Of a DNA stretch of 59,305 nt, positions 12,360 to 26,223 are shown piece after piece. Each line of letters starts with the position of its first letter. Position 1 is the stretch's first letter. Position numbers and translations under genes: made by a program. The notes under the pieces are model-generated. The model did not search any database, had not been told where the DNA came from, and saw nothing but the letters and a program-made list of their open reading frames with translations. The DNA comes from Girardia tigrina (lineage: Eukaryota), in the NCBI GenBank assembly GCA_001938485.1, contig MQRK01243359.1:1-59305 (forward strand). Direction: 5' to 3'.

Positions 12360-13025
12360 TATACTTGTGGCCAAAAGTAAATGGTAACATAGAAAAACAT
12401 CACTTTTATTCGAGAAATTCCCAACAAACATCAGAAATTTAATGATAACTATGATGTGTGACCACCACGAGCTTTGCTAGTACATGGTTGCACATCAAGT
12501 CACACAGGTATTGATGACAGATAGGTCAATGGCCTCCCATTGATCCAGTAAGCGTTGGCAAAGTTAATGATGGTTTACAATGGGAGCTGAGTATGCACTG
12601 TGAATTCGACGACCAATTTCATCCCATAGATGTTCTATTGGGCTCAGATCGCAAGACTTTGCAGCCACAGTAGAACATCGACAACCATAGCTGCAAGGTA
12701 GGTCATCGTTGCCCTTGCTGTATAACATCGGGCATTGTCTTGCTGAAAGACATAGCCCAGTGTTTCCATAACGAAGGGGACTGCCTCTGCTTCCGAAATC
12801 TCATGAATGTAACGCTCAGAATTAATGTTTCAATCCAAAACAAGAAGACGCAATTTGCGGTTAAACCCAATGGCACCCCAGACCTCCTCTGCCGAAGTGA
12901 TTGTGCTCTCGGATGCAATCATCATTGAATCGCTACCCTGAACGCCTGTGTGCATTTATTCTCTCATCATTGAATTCTAGTGGGAAACTTGACTCATCAG
13001 AAAAGATTACATTCCTCCTAAAGGC
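12360..13025 (-). mobile_element. Tc1 (DD34E) transposase 3' fragment with one TIR
   Basis: VIFSDESSF and FQQDNARCYTA motifs. Terminus TATACTTGTGGCCAAAAG. Confidence 0.8.
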
Positions 13026-15007
13026 ATTATTCTTCATCTTGTATTGGTTTGAAAAAAGTGTTGAACGAAAGAAGTTTGTAAATTTTGAAAAAGATTTAAA
13101 ATTTTCAAATATGTTCGCCATAAAACATCTTCCCTAATCTCAATGATTATTTACGTCTTAAGGTTAAATTACTAATAATAACTAAAGATAATCGAAAATG
13201 TAATAAATTAGATTTATCTAAAATTTATTTGAATAATTGATAATAAAACCAATTAAAAACGACTGAGACAAAAAGAACGTTTTATAGATTAAAAATGTCA
13301 TAATTATAAGGTTTATCCTTTTCCTTCTCAATTTCAGTGAAAAGCAAGACTTTGAGCTATAGAAACAGCATGGGGAAATTATCTTCGTTATTTGTGCCTC
13401 CAGCTGAATAATAATATAATTATTTAATCAAAATTGTTTACCATGTTTAACTCTATTTAATAATAAATATAATCTATTATCGAAAGAAATTGTTCCGATT
13501 ATTACAAAAAATGTAATTATATTATAATCAGTAAAATTAATTATTATAATAAATGAGAATGAAAAAGTAATTCATTTCTCTATTCATTTTTATTATAAAA
13601 TTAATGAAAAAATATAAATTAAATCAGAGTAAAATATTCACTGTTCCTTTTGCTTTATATCTGTAAATTTATATTATAAAATGATATCAGATTCAATATA
13701 TCATATAATTATTTTTAATTTTTAATTATTTGAATAATTAGAAAAGGTATAAAGAAATATAATATATGTTTCAGTTTGGTTATTTTATTAAAGAATAATG
13801 TTTTTTAAATATTCTAAATAAAGATTTTAAAATAATTTATGAAATTTTCGTAAGACTAGATGACTTCCATAGATTCCATTATAAGGAACAGATCATCTAA
13901 AAAGGTTTTATGAAGATGATCCTGTTATATATCACATTATTAATTATCTGTATTTTAATAAATATAATATAATAATGATTAAATATCTATAAAACCCGAC
14001 AATTTCTATAAATCTCTGTAAGCAATAAAAAAGAAAACCATATTTTTGTCACGCTACATTTTAATTTAATGAAGAAATCCTTTTTTATTTTTAAAATAAG
14101 AAAATTATATTTTATATTGAATGTAAATATATTTTATCAAAGCATAATTTTTTAAATATTCTAAATAACGATTATAAAATAATTTATTAAATTTTTATTT
14201 ATTTTATTTATATTTAAAATTTAAATTGTTTTATGTATTAAAAATACACTCTTTTTAAGACATAAAAAACTTTTATCACAAAATATATAAAATAATAGGT
14301 TTCTAAACTTAATTATTTACTGAAACAGTTCTTTTCTATAAAATATTCTTTTTGGGAATTTGAGTACCAACTTACTTTAAATAAGATTTAAACTTATCTC
14401 AAAATTACATAAAAGAATAAAAAAGTGAAATATTTATAAATATTTGTATCATATAAAAAATCTTAGCCATAACCAATTTTTAATGAAACTTAGAAATACA
14501 TTAGCTAGTTTTCCTCACAAAAAATGAAACATTCTCTAAATTTATGAGAAATATAAAACTTATTTACAATTTAAATAACACTTTATTTTTATTATTTCTT
14601 TTCACAAATGTTCATAATGACTTACAGCACATCTTACTTGAAATTGATAGTTTTTGAATAGAATATTTTTACTAATTTATATGATTTTAATCACCCTTTT
14701 AAAATCTTCTGTAAATAATGTTTTACTTTCGTTATTTAGCCATATGTTTAAATATTAAAATAATTTTAGAGTTATATTATTTTATTTTACCCCATTTTTA
14801 AATTTCCTTTCAATAGCAGTTATAATAACTTTTGAAAAAATTACCTTTAATTAATTAATTAACAAATATGTTTTATGTACTTATAAAAATTCTTTTCAAT
14901 AAAAATTTTAATAACTTCTTAAAAATTAACTTGAATTAATTATTTAGAAAATATATTTTACTTATGAAAATTATTTTCAATAAAATTCTGATTTAAAATA
15001 TTTGAGA

Positions 15008-15090
15008 TACCGTATTTCCTCGAAAACACGCGTATCTTTTATTAAAATATTAGGTTTTTGTGAGTACCGTTTAATTGAGGAAATACAGTA
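15008..15090. mobile_element. 79-bp Tigger/pogo-type mini-MITE
   Basis: TA|CCGTATTTCCTC ... GAGGAAATACAG|TA, 11/12 TIR match. Confidence 0.6.
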
Positions 15091-16471
15091 TTTTAAATTT
15101 GAAATATTCCAATATTTATGACTTCGAGAAATCCTAACATAAGTGTAGTAGCAATTGATTCAATAAAAGCTCTTGTGTTAGGTACAATGTTTCTTTCGAG
15201 TATTAAATATAAAATCTATTTATTTATTTATTTCGATTAGAATCAATTAGCATTTGAGGAATATTTTAAATTTGGTATGTTGAAATTGGTTTGTTGAATT
15301 TTGTATGTTGAGTTTAGTATTTGGAAATGTGTTTCTCCCACCCAGATGGAAAATTGATATTTTGGATGTTCACGATAAATAATTACTCGAGTATAATTTA
15401 TATTTTAAAGTACAGCATAAGGTATTTAAAAAACTTTAAAAATATTAAATCGTTTCAAATTTTCATATTAAAATTTAAATAAAATAAATAGCTTTAACTA
15501 AGTTTTGAATTAAATAAATGTTCTTTCTTTACGTAAAATCATTTTTCAAATAAAATTAATATGTAGATAAAATTATTACTAAAATTACAAAATTTGAACA
15601 TTAAAAATAAAATCTGAAAATAATGAAAAATTTGTTCGAATTGTTTATTAAAAAACATTAACTAAAATTCATCAATTTAGAACGATGTCGAATGACGAGA
15701 GTTTTGCTGAGAGTTGTCCAAATGACAATTCTGATTGTAATGAAAATAAAAGTTCGAAAACTCATGTTGGTGTTCTTAATTTGGCATGTAAACACTATTT
15801 TAATAATATATTTTTGATTTTAAAAATTATTAGATTTATAATTTTTGAATTCTTGACAATCAAATGTAAAAATTACTATGAAGACAGAAAGATCAAAATC
15901 GTATTTATTAATCTGATAATTGGAAAGAAACAGTTGTTGTAAGACGTAGATCAAATAGCTTCCGTTATTCTAAATATTGTTGAAAAATCTTTCAGTTCTG
16001 GGGAGCTAGCATCTTAATGTAAGGGCATCTTAATTCGATGATTGTTTTGGATTGAGAATTAAAAAAAATGTAAATAAAAAATTATTTGAAATAAAAATAT
16101 ATATTTTTAGAATTTCAAAATTTTACAATTATTTTTGTATAAAGAATATATATATATATATATATTTGTTTGTTTTGTGGAAAAGTTGATTTGTATTGTC
16201 GGCAAATTTTTTGTATTAAAGATTATATAAATAATTTTAAAAAATCGTTTGTTTTAATTATAATAAAACGTTCTGCCGGCGTTTAATTCGCGATTTTGAA
16301 TTGTGATAAATTTGAAATCTATTATTTCATAATTACTATGAATCTCATGAATTTGAATTTGTAATACGAAATTCAGTTAATAAAATTGATTAATTACAAT
16401 AAGAAAATTGGTTCTATTAAGATTCCTTATCAGTTGATTTTGAATTTCAATTTCGAATCGTTACCGAGTGT

Positions 16472-17734
16472 TAAAGACTGAGTGCGAAAAATATTACTAA
16501 CTTTAAATCTCTACAACTCTAACATAAATTCACAAATTACAAAAAACTACTCAAGTTGGCTGTTGCTTGAATAAATCAAAATAAAATTCATTTTAGTATT
16601 CATTTTTTCAACTTCATTTTTCATGAAAATGTCGTCAGAAACAGAAAGTCGCGAATTAATTATTCGTTTATTTCAAGAAAATCCACAATCAAATCAGAAA
16701 ACAGTTTCTAATGTTATTAAAAACTTCAATGATAACTTGAACGTTTTCAGAAAAATAGGTTCAAGAAAAAGAAATGGTTTTTCATGTACATAGAATGTGA
16801 AGAAAGTAAAGGCTCTCTTAGAGAGTAATCCTCGACTATCAAATCGAAAACTGGTAGTTAATGCGAATTTTAACGAGAAAACAGTTCGGAAAATTAAACA
16901 GTCTATGGGTTTAAAAACGCATAAAGTTCAAACAGTACCAGACCAGAACGATAACAAGAACGTAAAGGTGCAGCAGCGAGTCAGAAAGTTGAAATCTGGT
17001 TTTCTTGCGAAGAAAAAATGTTGCATTGTGGATGATGAGACTTACGTACTCTGCGAGTTTTTCCAGCTACCCGGACAAGAATTTTAATCTGCAACTAAGA
17101 GAATCTAGAATCTAAAATCTAGAAGCAAGAAAAATCTAAGTTTCTCAAAGAATTTCTTGTTTGGCTGGCTATATGTGGATGCGGGAAAAGGAGTAAATGC
17201 ATTGTCACGTCTGGCACAATAAACACAGAAGTATTTGTGAAGGAATGCTTGCAAAAGTGTTTATTACCATTCATAAGTCAGCACGGAGGTCTTACTTTCT
17301 TTTGGCTGGATTTGACATCGTGTCACTATGATAAGGCAGCCAAGAAGTCGTACAAAAGAAAATAATATCGATTTTGTGCAAAGAGAGGCAAACCCATCAA
17401 ATTGTCAAGAACTTCGTCCAATCAAAAGATATTGGCCCCTGGTAAAAAGGCAATTAAAGACGACAAACAAGAGGGCACAGACAATTGCAAATTTTCGGAA
17501 CAAGTGGAATAATGCAGCTAAAAACGTGACAGAAACTGCAATTGCAAGTCTAATGGCAGGCATTCCAGAAATCCTCGTAGAATTTATTAAAAAAATAAAT
17601 AATCTTTCTTAGCTTACTAAAATTATTTTGAATAAAACACATTTTTCTAAACTGTCGATATTTTTTCAATAAAAAATATGATTTTGAAGATAGAGGATTT
17701 TAAAGTTAGTAATATTTTTCGCACTCAGTCCTTA
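16472..17734 (+). mobile_element. ITmD37E (DD37E) Tc1/mariner-superfamily element, copy 1
   Basis: About 34-bp TIRs (AGGACTGAGTGCGAAAAATATTACTAACTTTAAA), TA flanks, VDDETY, FWLDLTSCHY...NCQELRPI. 37 residues between the second D and the E position once the frameshift is corrected. Confidence 0.92.
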
Positions 17735-18349
17735 CAATCCACAAAGTAATTTCGAATCATTAATTAAATAAAACGAACAGTGATTTGTTTGAATATTTTC
17801 TGTCCATTTTTCTACTGATAGAATTACTCGTACATACAATACATACAACATTCAAACAAAAAATATCAAACCTTCCAAATATTCCTCACAATAATATCTC
17901 AATATCATAATTATTTCCCTTAAAACAGGACTGTCTTTACTTTTTTATAAACGTTAAATGACATAATAATGTTGTATTGATTGAATAACCACAATCGTTT
18001 CTATGGTGACGGTATTTTTAATGAAATAGTTTTTTATTACACAATCAACACGACATCAATAAATCATTTTAAAAGGCTTGAAACTTATTTCATCGACTAA
18101 AAAAAATAAAATTTGCAACTATTTATGGCTTCTTTTAATGACAAATAAATTATCATTTGGCAAAAAATAAATATTTTTTTACAAAAACATAAAATTTAGC
18201 AACAAATTTATTTTATTATAGCAACAAGTTAAATAAAAAAATGCGATAAAAATAATATTAAGAGATAATTGTAATATTATTTCACCGTAAAAACATTATA
18301 TATAAGAAAAATAGATTTACAAAAGAGAAATTGGCTACCAAATGTTTTA

Positions 18350-18846
18350 TTAATTACTTAAATTGCCAGGATTATTAACCGAAGGACCAGGAGTATGAGA
18401 ATCGTCGTCATTTGTTTCATTAAAACGTTTTCTTTGATATAAGAAAGCAGTTGCTGTTTTAGTGAGTCGCCCTCTGTCATTTTCACTTTTGGTTATTAAA
18501 GGTAAAGCAGTTTCTTTAACCATATGAATATGCTCTAAATTATTGGAATAGATGATACATCTATTACTATTTGATTCTAGAAGCAAATAAATTTGTGCAG
18601 GACATTCAGTCGTTCTAAAGGCTAAACATTTATAATAAACCTTAATACCTTCACTGGTGCTTCTTGTATACCTTACTGACCATTTAGATCCGTTGTATGT
18701 CCTGATGAAATTCTCTGCAGATATTTTATCATCAAATTGGCGGATCTTATCGCATACAAAGTTAGCCGCTCTTTTTCTTTCTCTTGTCAAGCTTCTTCTA
18801 CTTCAACACTATCATCTACATAATCGGGAATTTCAAAGGTACTCAT
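18350..18846 (-). mobile_element. Internally deleted MULE transposase derivative (WRKY/GCM1-type Zn finger joined to C-terminal GRP-like tail)
   Basis: YYKCLAFRTTECPAQIYLL...NLEHIH followed shortly by RGRLTKTATAFLYQ. The upstream ATG at 18846 is out of frame. Confidence 0.65.
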
Positions 18847-19199
18847 TTTTATGGAAAAAATAAGTTTTCTGAATTGATAATAATTTTATTTAAACTAATA
18901 TAATATCCAAAATTTAATATTTAATTACAATATTTACGGTAACAAAATATGTTTTTCTAAAAAGATATCATATACTAAGAAATAAATAGTTTAATTAATA
19001 AATTATTATTTTGCTAACAATTTTTTTACCGTTTGCTATAAATTTATATGTACTATATATGATACACTAATTATATCTTTATATGTCTTCACAAAATTTC
19101 TTTTCATAAAATATGTCTTTCAATTTATTTTATTAGTTATTAATCTAGGTTATTATATTCTGATGTACTTTTTTTATTGCTGATTGTCGCAACTTTTAT

Positions 19200-19740
19200 T
19201 TATTTTGATGCCTCTTATTATCGAAATCCATGTTAAAAATATCAATAGAGTTGTCGAGAGTGCATTTTGAAAGTTCATTTTAGGATCCAAAGATTTTATA
19301 TATAACGCTTCACATATCACTCTTTCCTAATGATTCTTAAATTGAGTGCACAGGATTTTAAGGTTATGGTTATTTATGTCCCCGTTATGATTTTTACTAT
19401 GTCCAGCAATATTGCTTCCACTTTCCTTAAGATTGTGTTCCTGGATTCTCTTACAGAGATGACGCGAAGTCTTTCCAATTTATGTGGTATGACACCGATT
19501 AAATCTATATTGGTAAATGAGATCCGAACGCAATCCTAACGGTGTTGAAGATTTATTACTAAACATACTTTCAATTTTTTGGGAACGGGACCCTATTTTT
19601 AAATTTACAATATTATCTACTACTTTTAAAATAAAATTTTTAAATTTATCAAGTATTCCACATGTAGATACTTGTGAAAGTTTCAAGATTTAATTAATTT
19701 TCACAGCAATTATTTGTTTTTCAACAATTGTTATAAATGG
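19200..19740 (-). mobile_element. Penelope-like linker plus GIY-YIG endonuclease remnant
   Basis: LGLRSDLIYQYRFNRCHTT*IGKTSRHLCKRIQEH. Confidence 0.85.
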
Positions 19741-21030
19741 GTTATAAAACATCAAACACTTGAAATCTTAAAGGATGTTATTCAAATGTTTATGTTAAAA
19801 AGCCTAAAAAACAAATAATAAAAAAATTTTTAGTTGTAATTAATAATTTACCACTCAAATATTATTACAGACATATTTTGAATTTTAGAAAAAAATATTT
19901 TTTGTGAAAAGATTTAAAAGTTATATTTTTGTTTCTGTAAGAAGTAAATGTAAAAGGTGAACAAGCTTTTACTAAATGATAACAACAATTAAGTAATGAC
20001 ATTATAATAATTTTATTAATTTTAAAATTCAAGATCAAGGGTAGATGCTCTCTAATCTTAACTCTAATTAATCATATTAAATTTATTATGAAAAAATTAA
20101 TTTTTCAATACTTTTTTGAGATTATTAAAACCAACTTTTCAAAATAAAACAAATTTCAACAAATTAATTCAAAAGCAAAAGACTCATTTTAAAAGACAAA
20201 TTTTAATAACTCCAATTAAATCACATAAATGAATTTTGATGCAAAATGTTCTTTTTTTAAAAGATTTGATATATTTGTTAAAATTTTAAGACAAATTATT
20301 TTTTTTTCAATTCTTAGTGATAGATAAAAATAATTTTTTTAAATAAATAAAAAAAAATAAAATAACTAAAACTGGTAAAAATGACAAAAATGCCAATATC
20401 TAAAAAAATAATTTATTCTGAAAAATATGAAAAATGCCAAAATTTAATTTATTTCATGATTTAATAGAATTTAATTTATTTTTTCAGATATTTATAGAAT
20501 TTTCCACAAACAAATTGTTTGGCCTGCCTTGTCCTAAATGTAAGGATTTATTTCATAAATTTTAATTTGTATACAGATAAATATAAAATAAAACTTATTT
20601 GGCGTCAATATTATTGGTAATAAAATAAATGGATATATTACTATTTTTATAATGTACTTTAACATTTATGTAAACAGAAAAACATTACTAATTTTATAAT
20701 AATAAAAATAATATAAAAAAATAAAATCAATTAAATAACTGCTTTGAAAAAGATTTTCAATTTCTGAGAATTAAAATAAATACATCAAAAAGAGAAGTAG
20801 TAAAAAATATAAAAATATCAACACAATTCGCTTTCTTACCTTAATATAAATCTAACCAAAATAAATACTTAAAATAAGAAGTAATTGCCTATGTACTATG
20901 TATATAAATATATATTTCTGTATGATAAGTATTGATTAACACATTGACTGCTGGAACTAATGGGTTTTTCTTTTATTATCATAGAGACTCTTTTGAAAAA
21001 TATGATCGAACATTGTTGCCTTTTTAGCAT

Positions 21031-21174
21031 TTAACACATTGAATGCTGAGTACGAGATATCTCGTACTTAGCGTCTTAGTAATGTAAGCCAAAGTACGAG
21101 ATATCTCGTACTTAGCGTCTAACTAATGAATATTGAAGTACGAGATATATCGTACTCAGCATTCAATGTGTTAA
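21031..21174. mobile_element. 136-bp piggyBac-like MITE with three internal palindromes
   Basis: TTAA flanks, 35-bp TIRs with 1 mismatch, and AGTACGAGATATCTCGTACT at 21049, 21093 and 21137 (third copy has one substitution). Confidence 0.8.
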
Positions 21175-21195
21175 TAAACATGTATTATCAGCATT

Positions 21196-21760
21196 TATAT
21201 ATATAATATTTGTCTAAAATGTGCTGTTTGTTTGTTTGTTTGTTTTTCGGTCTCGCATTTTAACGTAAAATTACGGACAAACCAGAGTGAATCCGTTTAA
21301 GATCGTTGTCAATCTGGAGAGCCCCCATCAATAAAATTTTGTCGGTACAGCGCCTCCACCGAAAGACGCCCGGAAGGCAATGAAATCGATCGAAAACCAT
21401 ACAAGTGGTTAAATGGTTAATTTAACACCGATTTGGAATGAGGATTTTAAGGATTCTTACAAAGAATTTCGTGAAAATTTTTACGAAAATACTACTTCAT
21501 TTTATAAATTACGATTTTCATCACTTATTTACTTATTATATTGCTGAATATCAATTTTGTATAAAATGCAAATTTTCATTAATAAAAAATTATATCAACA
21601 AATAAAATGCAAAATTGCGGAGGAGCCGGAGTGAATCCAATTAAGGACGTGGTCAATTTAAATAGCCCGCATCAATACAATTCTTTTGGTGTAGAGCCTT
21701 GGGGAAAAGACGTTCGGAAGTCGATGAAATCGATCGAAAACCGTATAAGTCGTTAAATGT
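21196..21760 (+). mobile_element. Helitron-like non-autonomous fragment with internal duplication
   Basis: (TA)n start then (TGTT)n, followed by two diverged ~134-bp repeats (21282-21415, 21626-21759). No 3' hairpin/CTRR end identified. Confidence 0.45.
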
Positions 21761-22115
21761 TAACTAATAAAGTCTCTAGTCGGATATTTTTATCGTCTAC
21801 CAACCCATTATTATAAATCCACTTCAATCACATTTGATCACCTTTTAAATCAAATTTTTGAACGACAATCGCTCATTATGAAAATTCATTCCTCACTCAA
21901 AAAAACGATTTTCATCTGTATCACATCATCTACTATACTGTTTTCTCGTACATAACAGTCCTTAACCCCGGTTTTGAGATTACTATTTCATTCTTCAATT
22001 GCAAATACTATTCTTAAATACTTTTCATTTTTCAGAATAGGGTATTTTGATGTTTTGTTTGTGCTTTTTAAGTTTTCTTTTTAACCAGTGTTTGTGTTCA
22101 TCATTTATCCAATGT

Positions 22116-22187
22116 AACCTTAATGTTGTGATTTATCTGCTTAAATATATATGGATATTTAAACAGATAAATCACAATATTAAGGTT
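22116..22187. repeat. 72-nt near-perfect hairpin
   Basis: 33-bp arms with 2 differences and a 6-nt loop. Confidence 0.85.
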
Positions 22188-23914
22188 GATTGAATAATTA
22201 TTATATAATTTTATTAAATATTTTTTTTATGAAATTCATTATTGAAATTTTTGAAGTTATATACTCTATTGTAAAATATTGTAAAACATTTTAAAGTTTG
22301 TGTTTCAGGAAGATTTTGAAAATTTACATTTAACTATTCAATACATCATTTGATAATAATAGCAAATTTATTTTAAAAATATAATTAAAGATTTTAAAAT
22401 TTGAAAAGGCTTTACTTTGTCAATTTTAAATATTGATAAATGGATTGTAGATCAAAACTAACGGAACTGCCGCTTATAGTACGAATCAATCTGAGTGGAT
22501 ACATTAAGGCTTTTGGTCATTTGATACATTCTAAGAATAGAATTTTCTCTGTTTCAAAAGGTGAGTTTTCTGTTTTACTGGACGGCTTTGATTCACATGA
22601 CGGTGAATCAAAATTAACAAGACACTACACCTGAATAATCAATATTCAAATTGGGTAAAGTAAATACGTCTCAATTCTTAAAATTATTTAAATAAATAAA
22701 AATCTGCAAAATAAAAATTTGGAGAACAACGATTATCACATGGAAAATTATACTAGTGACTATGATTATAACGACTGAACTGTGTCATTTTAAAGAGGGG
22801 TTACAAATTTATACAAGATTACTGGACAAATTATCACAAACGTTAGAAATATTATACATTTGTTAAAAGGATCTACAACATATAATTACAATTATTTAAA
22901 GAATTATGTAAGCATTAAGTTTATGAAAGGGCATCGATTTAATCTTAGAGAAATTTGTTTCTATTTTATTAAATGTCCTAAATATTTCAAGCAGGAATAG
23001 TGATGTTTAAAATACGTTTGTTGTAATAGCTTTAAAAAAATTAGTGAACAATAAAATAAAGTTATGAAAAAATGTTTCGCGTCGATACAAACTGTTAGGG
23101 ATGGTAATTGATAAGAAGAACATTTGTTAGTTCGAGAGTATGATAAACATAAATTAAATTAAGTTAAATCAAATTTTAATATAGAAAATTAAATTTAATA
23201 ACAAGATACAGAATAAAGTAAAATTAGAACTTCGGTTTAACATTAGGAAAACGTAAAAAATAGCTCCCTAATTAAAAATTTTAATTATTAAAAATTTTTA
23301 AATAATACAAAATTTAGATTTGAAAATATTTTTTTAATAAAATTTTGTTTTCCTCGAATATTCATTACGAACATCCAAAATACTAATTTTCCATTTAGGG
23401 GGAAACATATTTCTAAACTCAACCTACACAATTCAAAATACAAAATTTAAAGTATTCCTCACAATTCAAAAGAAAGCATCCAAACTTTTTTTGCATGGGA
23501 TATTTGTTTTAACATGATTTCTGGAGCGAAAAAAGAAATAATTGACCGAACATTTTGCCAGTTTTGAAAAAAATAAAGAATAAATAAATAAGTTTATATA
23601 ATTAATTAAATAAATAAATAAATCAAATCATTAAGCAAAGTAAAAATTAAATAATTAAATAAAGCTTTTAAATTTAAATAAGTAAATATAACTTAAACAA
23701 ATTAAAAAAAACTAATTAAATAAATAAAGTTTAAATAAAATGAAGAAATAATAAAAAATATTGAATTAATATAAATAGATTAATATATACAATTAAATCA
23801 AAGAGAGAATGTGAATTATTGATTCGAGATTGTGTAAATGTAAATGTGTTTCTATCGAATGTATGTGTGTTTTGAATAAGTAAAATTGTAAATAAAATGT
23901 GTATGTGTGTATGA

Positions 23915-24351
23915 CAGGGCGTAGCCAGGGGGGGTGATTGGGTGGATTTTCTCCCCCCCTGATAAAATGCCCTAAAATTCTTAAAAAAAATTATTACGAA
24001 AAACAAAACTTAGAGGAACGGGACCTCTCGTTTTTCCCCCAATTAAAATCCAATTGGGCATTCCCATTTTAATCCACGTTTTCGGCCCTACTGGCGAGGC
24101 TGAAAACAAAGATTAATATAGAAACCCTTGATTGGATTTTAATCGGGGAGAAAAAAGGAGATCCGAGGAACGTTTAAGGAGCTTAAGGATCGTTTAAGTT
24201 TAGAGGGTTAAAATCGGGAGACACCCCCACCCTTGAAAACAGTAAAACAATAAAAAATTAAAACATAATTAGCCACCCCAATTATATTTAAGATTGCTAG
24301 ATCTTTCAGGAATTATTTTCCACCCTCTCTGCAATCCTGGCTACGCCGCTG
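23915..24351. mobile_element. 437-bp hAT-type MITE
   Basis: TIRs CAGGGCGTAGCCAGG / CCTGGCTACGCCGCTG. Perfect 8-bp TSD GTGTATGA at 23907-23914 and 24352-24359. Confidence 0.9.
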
Positions 24352-24753
24352 GTGTATGAATATCGTGTGTGTGTGTGGTGAATGTTTATGATTATTTTTT
24401 TTAAAAAGATTCGTAACAATTAACAGTTCAATTTAAATTTGTTTAAATGCATCAAAAAATTGATTAATCGACTTGATTGTTTAGCACCTGTTTTGAAAAG
24501 TTGATTTTCAACTGTGTTAAAAAAATTAAATCAATTTCAATTGCGGTTTCGATGTTGAAAGGAGAAACGTGTAAAAAATACAAATTTTTAAGATTGGAAA
24601 AAGTGTTTTTAAAAATAAATTAATGCTTTGAGTCAAAGAAAATGAATCTTGTTTTTTTGTGCGACGAAATAATTTAAAAATGAATAAATGTCGTTTCATG
24701 CCTATAAAACATTTCAATTACAATTTTTTTGTAAAAAGTGTTTTTTAATGCAG

Positions 24754-24897
24754 ATTCGATCGGCGCTGAATCGTTTGATCTCTTTATTGGAAACAATCGT
24801 CAATGAGCCGTTGGGTCACTCTATTGATTATACTAATGAATTTAAATCAGAATTAAGTAAAATAAAAGTTCTTTCTGGTTCTCAGTATAAAGTGGAG
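24754..24897 (+). CDS. Candidate isolated coding exon, unknown gene
   Basis: Pyrimidine tract plus TGCAG acceptor, GT donor, 144 bp open in phase 0 (IRSALNRLISLLETIVNEPLGH...YKVE). Confidence 0.3.
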
Positions 24898-26223
24898 GTT
24901 TGGTTTCCGCATCAATTTCTAAAACACTTATTTAATTGACAAATTAGGAAACACATAAAACTTTATAACCAAGTGCAATTTTTTAGATAAAAAAATAAAT
25001 AATATAATAAAGTTTTCATAATATTATTTTTTTTAAATAAGCAACCTTCTGAATACAAACATGAATTATATATTATCTTCTAAATACAATCAATTGATGT
25101 ATATATATTTAAAAATTCTTATATTTTTGTCAAATATGAATCTTTTGCCGATTTGAAGATTAACAGATAATCTTGATCATTTTAGGGGTAGAATCTAACA
25201 ACATAAAATTATTTAAATATGAGAGGGATGGAATGGTTTTTGAATTTGTAGAACTTCGAAACTCAACAGAATATTTTTTTTGTATATACTTTGTTTTTTT
25301 GAAATATGTACAAAAGTTTAGGACCAATAGATTAATATAAAAGTTTGTCTGACAAAGAGACAAATGGAAAAATATTTTGATCTCTAATTTTTATTAATTT
25401 TTTAAATAACTCTAAACTAAAAATTAAAATACTATTTTAAATTTTCGTAATTAAATTTTTATGTGAATTAAAATTCCTACAAGAAAATCACAGTAAAAAT
25501 AATTACTGGGAATAATAATTTCCGTAGTGTGAACAGTTAATTACGATGCCAAGTTTAACATAAGCGTCATTTAAAAATCTCACAAATTATTCTTGGTAAT
25601 TTAAAATTACGAAAAAATAGAAATTAATAAATAAATTAAAAAAATATTCTGATAAATATTAAAAAAATCATAAACAACAGACTGTTCCATGAACTATTTT
25701 TGATCAGATTCTGGGATAAAATAATGAATTTTCAAATTAAGAAGAGAATTTTATGATTAACCAAGCTTTTTTACAAATAAAATAATAAATATTTCAGTAA
25801 TAAATTCAATATCTATATTTTTCAGATAAGAAGTATTATATATTTAAAAACAATTTAAATTATATTATTATGATAGTAGCGAAAAATTTATGTTTAATTA
25901 TCACAATCAGGAAACGTCAAAAAAGAGCATTAAATATAAATAATTATATTAATAGTAATCATAGTAAAACAGTCATTACAATAAAAACTCCAAATTATTA
26001 ATTTGAAAAAATTTTATTTTGTGTCAAATTATTTTAATTTCACTGTCAGTGAAGATTTACCAAAAACAGACTGAAATTTATCTTTAGAATTTTTATAATA
26101 TTACAATATTATCTATTAGAGATTAAAATTTAAAAATATTCAAGTTATTCATATTAAAAAAATATAAAAAAAGTAATTACAAAAATTATTTTGTAAATTT
26201 AGTAAACTTCTACAGGCAAATAT

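Larger units (their letters stand above)
15256..23464 (+). mobile_element. Putative ancient MULE expanded by nested insertions
   Basis: About 110-135-bp diverged inverted repeats at 15256-15390 and 23352-23464. MULE C-terminal-like STNQSE/GYIKAFGHLIHSKN (TNNxxEGxH motif) near 22480-22540. No TSD recognisable. Confidence 0.4.

Noticed and set aside
21049-21156. CRISPR-like look: three palindromic repeats with 24-nt spacers
   Set aside because: The spacers resemble each other, the array lies inside TTAA-flanked TIRs, the context is eukaryotic and no cas genes are present.
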